The translations under genes were made by a program, and so were the position numbers. A stretch of DNA of 17,254 bases from Nitrospinales bacterium (GTDB taxonomy: Bacteria; Nitrospinota; Nitrospinia; Nitrospinales; JAJDAT01): NCBI GenBank assembly GCA_046757665.1, contig JBHHYO010000058.1:1-17254 (forward strand). The letters are read 5' to 3'. Every line of letters starts with the position of its first letter. Positions within the stretch are counted from its first letter, which is position 1. Under the pieces are notes generated by a model. The model did no database searches and was not told where the DNA came from. It was given only the letters and a program-made list of their open reading frames with translations. Shown piece after piece: positions 15,829 through 17,254 of the stretch.

Positions 15829-17071
15829 TGAAGGTAGCGCCCTTGCCGTATTCGCTGTCCACCTCCAGATGGCCGCTGTGTTTTTCGATAATCGCATAAC
15901 ACACGGAAAGACCCAGCCCCGTTCCTTTGTCTTCCGGCTTGGTGGTGAAGAAGGGGTCGAACAGTTTCCCCAAATCTTCTTTTTTGATTCCTGTTCCCGT
16001 ATCGGTAAACTGGATTCGCAAATACCAGTTGTCCGGTTCGCGGCTGTCGACCGGCTGGTCCGGGGTCAAGTGCGGGTTGACTCGCAGGACTTTGCCTCCC
16101 AGCTCCTTGACGACGCTTTGGGTTTTTACCGTGAAGGCGCCGCCGTTTTCCATGGCATATTTTGCGTTGCTGATGATATTCAGGAAAACCTGCCGTATGC
16201 GGTCCGAATCGATAAGCACCTTTGGTAGGCTTTGGTCGTATCTCCGGATGATGGCGATGTTTTTCAAGCTCATTTCTTTCTCGACGAGGGCCAGGACGGA
16301 ATTCAGTTCCTGATTGATGTCGGATGCTTTCAGGTTCATGTCTCCCTTGCGGGAGAATTTCAGGAGTCCGCCGACAATTTTTTCAATGCGGGAAACTTCT
16401 TCCATGATGGATTGCAAGTCTTCCTGAAGGGGGAGGTCTTTTTCCCGTTCCATCAGCAGGACCTGCACGTGCCCGGAAATAATGTTGAGCGGATTCAGAA
16501 GTTCGTGGCAGACGCCCGCGGCGAGGCGTCCGATGCCGGCCAGTTTTTCCGAGCGTACGATATGATTTCGCGCGATTTGCAATTGGTCCATGGAATGTTG
16601 CAGTTTTTCGTGCGCCCGCACCAGGTCGGCGTGGGATTTTTTCAGTTTTTCTTCTGCGGCTTTCCGTTGTTCTTCCTCCCGGTGCAGTTTGATGCAATGG
16701 TGAATCGAGTGGAACAGTTGTTCGGGGTTGAGGTTGGATTTCACCAGATAATCGGTGGCGCCTGCTTTCATGGCCTCAACCGCGATTTCCTGGTCCCCCT
16801 GGCCGGTCAGCAGGATGATGGGGGTCGTTATTCCTCTGGAGCGGATTTCGCGCAGAAGTTCGATGCCGTGCATGGCGCCCAACCGGTAGTCGAGCAGGCA
16901 CAGGTCATAGGGAGTGGAATGGTCCAAGTGCGAAACTGCTTCCTCGCCGGAAAGGATGTGTTTGATTTTCGGCGGAAAAGCCGAGAGGCCGTCCCGGATC
17001 AGGTTCTCAATGATCAGCACATAGTCTTCGTCATCTTCGACGATCAGGATGTTTAAGGGGTGTTTGTCCAT
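15800..17071 (-). CDS. Hybrid signal-transduction protein: N-terminal receiver, coiled coil and histidine kinase (HisKA-HATPase)
   Basis: REC motifs ILIVEDD, LLDYRL, LLTGQG, DYLVK. Kinase motifs: H-box CHELLNPL, N-box QVFLNIISNA, DTGTGI, FDPFFTTK, GTGLGL. No transmembrane or sensor domain. The 3' end overlaps the flavoprotein gene by 29 nt. Confidence 0.95.
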   Translation of the reverse strand: MDKHPLNILIVEDDEDYVLIIENLIRDGLSAFPPKIKHILSGEEAVSHLDHSTPYDLCLLDYRLGAMHGIELLREIRSRGITTPIILLTGQGDQEIAVEAMKAGATDYLVKSNLNPEQLFHSIHHCIKLHREEEQRKAAEEKLKKSHADLVRAHEKLQHSMDQLQIARNHIVRSEKLAGIGRLAAGVCHELLNPLNIISGHVQVLLMEREKDLPLQEDLQSIMEEVSRIEKIVGGLLKFSRKGDMNLKASDINQELNSVLALVEKEMSLKNIAIIRRYDQSLPKVLIDSDRIRQVFLNIISNAKYAMENGGAFTVKTQSVVKELGGKVLRVNPHLTPDQPVDSREPDNWYLRIQFTDTGTGIKKEDLGKLFDPFFTTKPEDKGTGLGLSVCYAIIEKHSGHLEVDSEYGKGATFIIDLPLKQE

Positions 17072-17254
17072 GTTTTGGTGGTTTTACGATATCGGCCAGT
17101 AGATTTTTATCGGTTCAGCTTTGGCGCGGTATTGTGAAAATTTTTCAGGTTTGGTTATTTCGTCGTTTCTCCAGACTTTTCAGAGGAGCTTTGTGTGCGC
17201 AGTCAGATACAGCTCCGCATCGGCAGATACATGGAAATAAGAGGTTATTATAGT

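Overview
A gene-dense bacterial chromosomal window with three compositional blocks. (1) Positions ~1-4000 are relatively AT-rich and carry surface-glycan genes: a WbuX/PseA-type N-acetyl-sugar amidotransferase, a small hypothetical protein and a large GT-B-like protein. (2) Positions ~4085-15830 are GC-rich housekeeping DNA: nadB, ftsK (split by an apparent 1-nt deletion near 7178), an SGNH-hydrolase-like gene, an endonuclease I homolog, an acyltransferase, the yebC-ruvC-ruvA-ruvB operon on the minus strand, and a two-gene Fe-S protein/flavoprotein unit. (3) The window ends with a receiver-first histidine kinase on the minus strand. The most notable observations are: an anchorless FrdB/FrdA-like pair with predicted non-covalent FAD and two complete 4Fe-4S motifs but no electron-input subunit; an endonuclease I homolog with both canonical Mg2+ ligands substituted; and several genes with a -10 box 5-10 nt before the ATG and no Shine-Dalgarno site, which suggests leaderless transcription. 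No RNA genes, CRISPR arrays or mobile elements were recognised. All family assignments come from motif recognition by eye, not from database searches.
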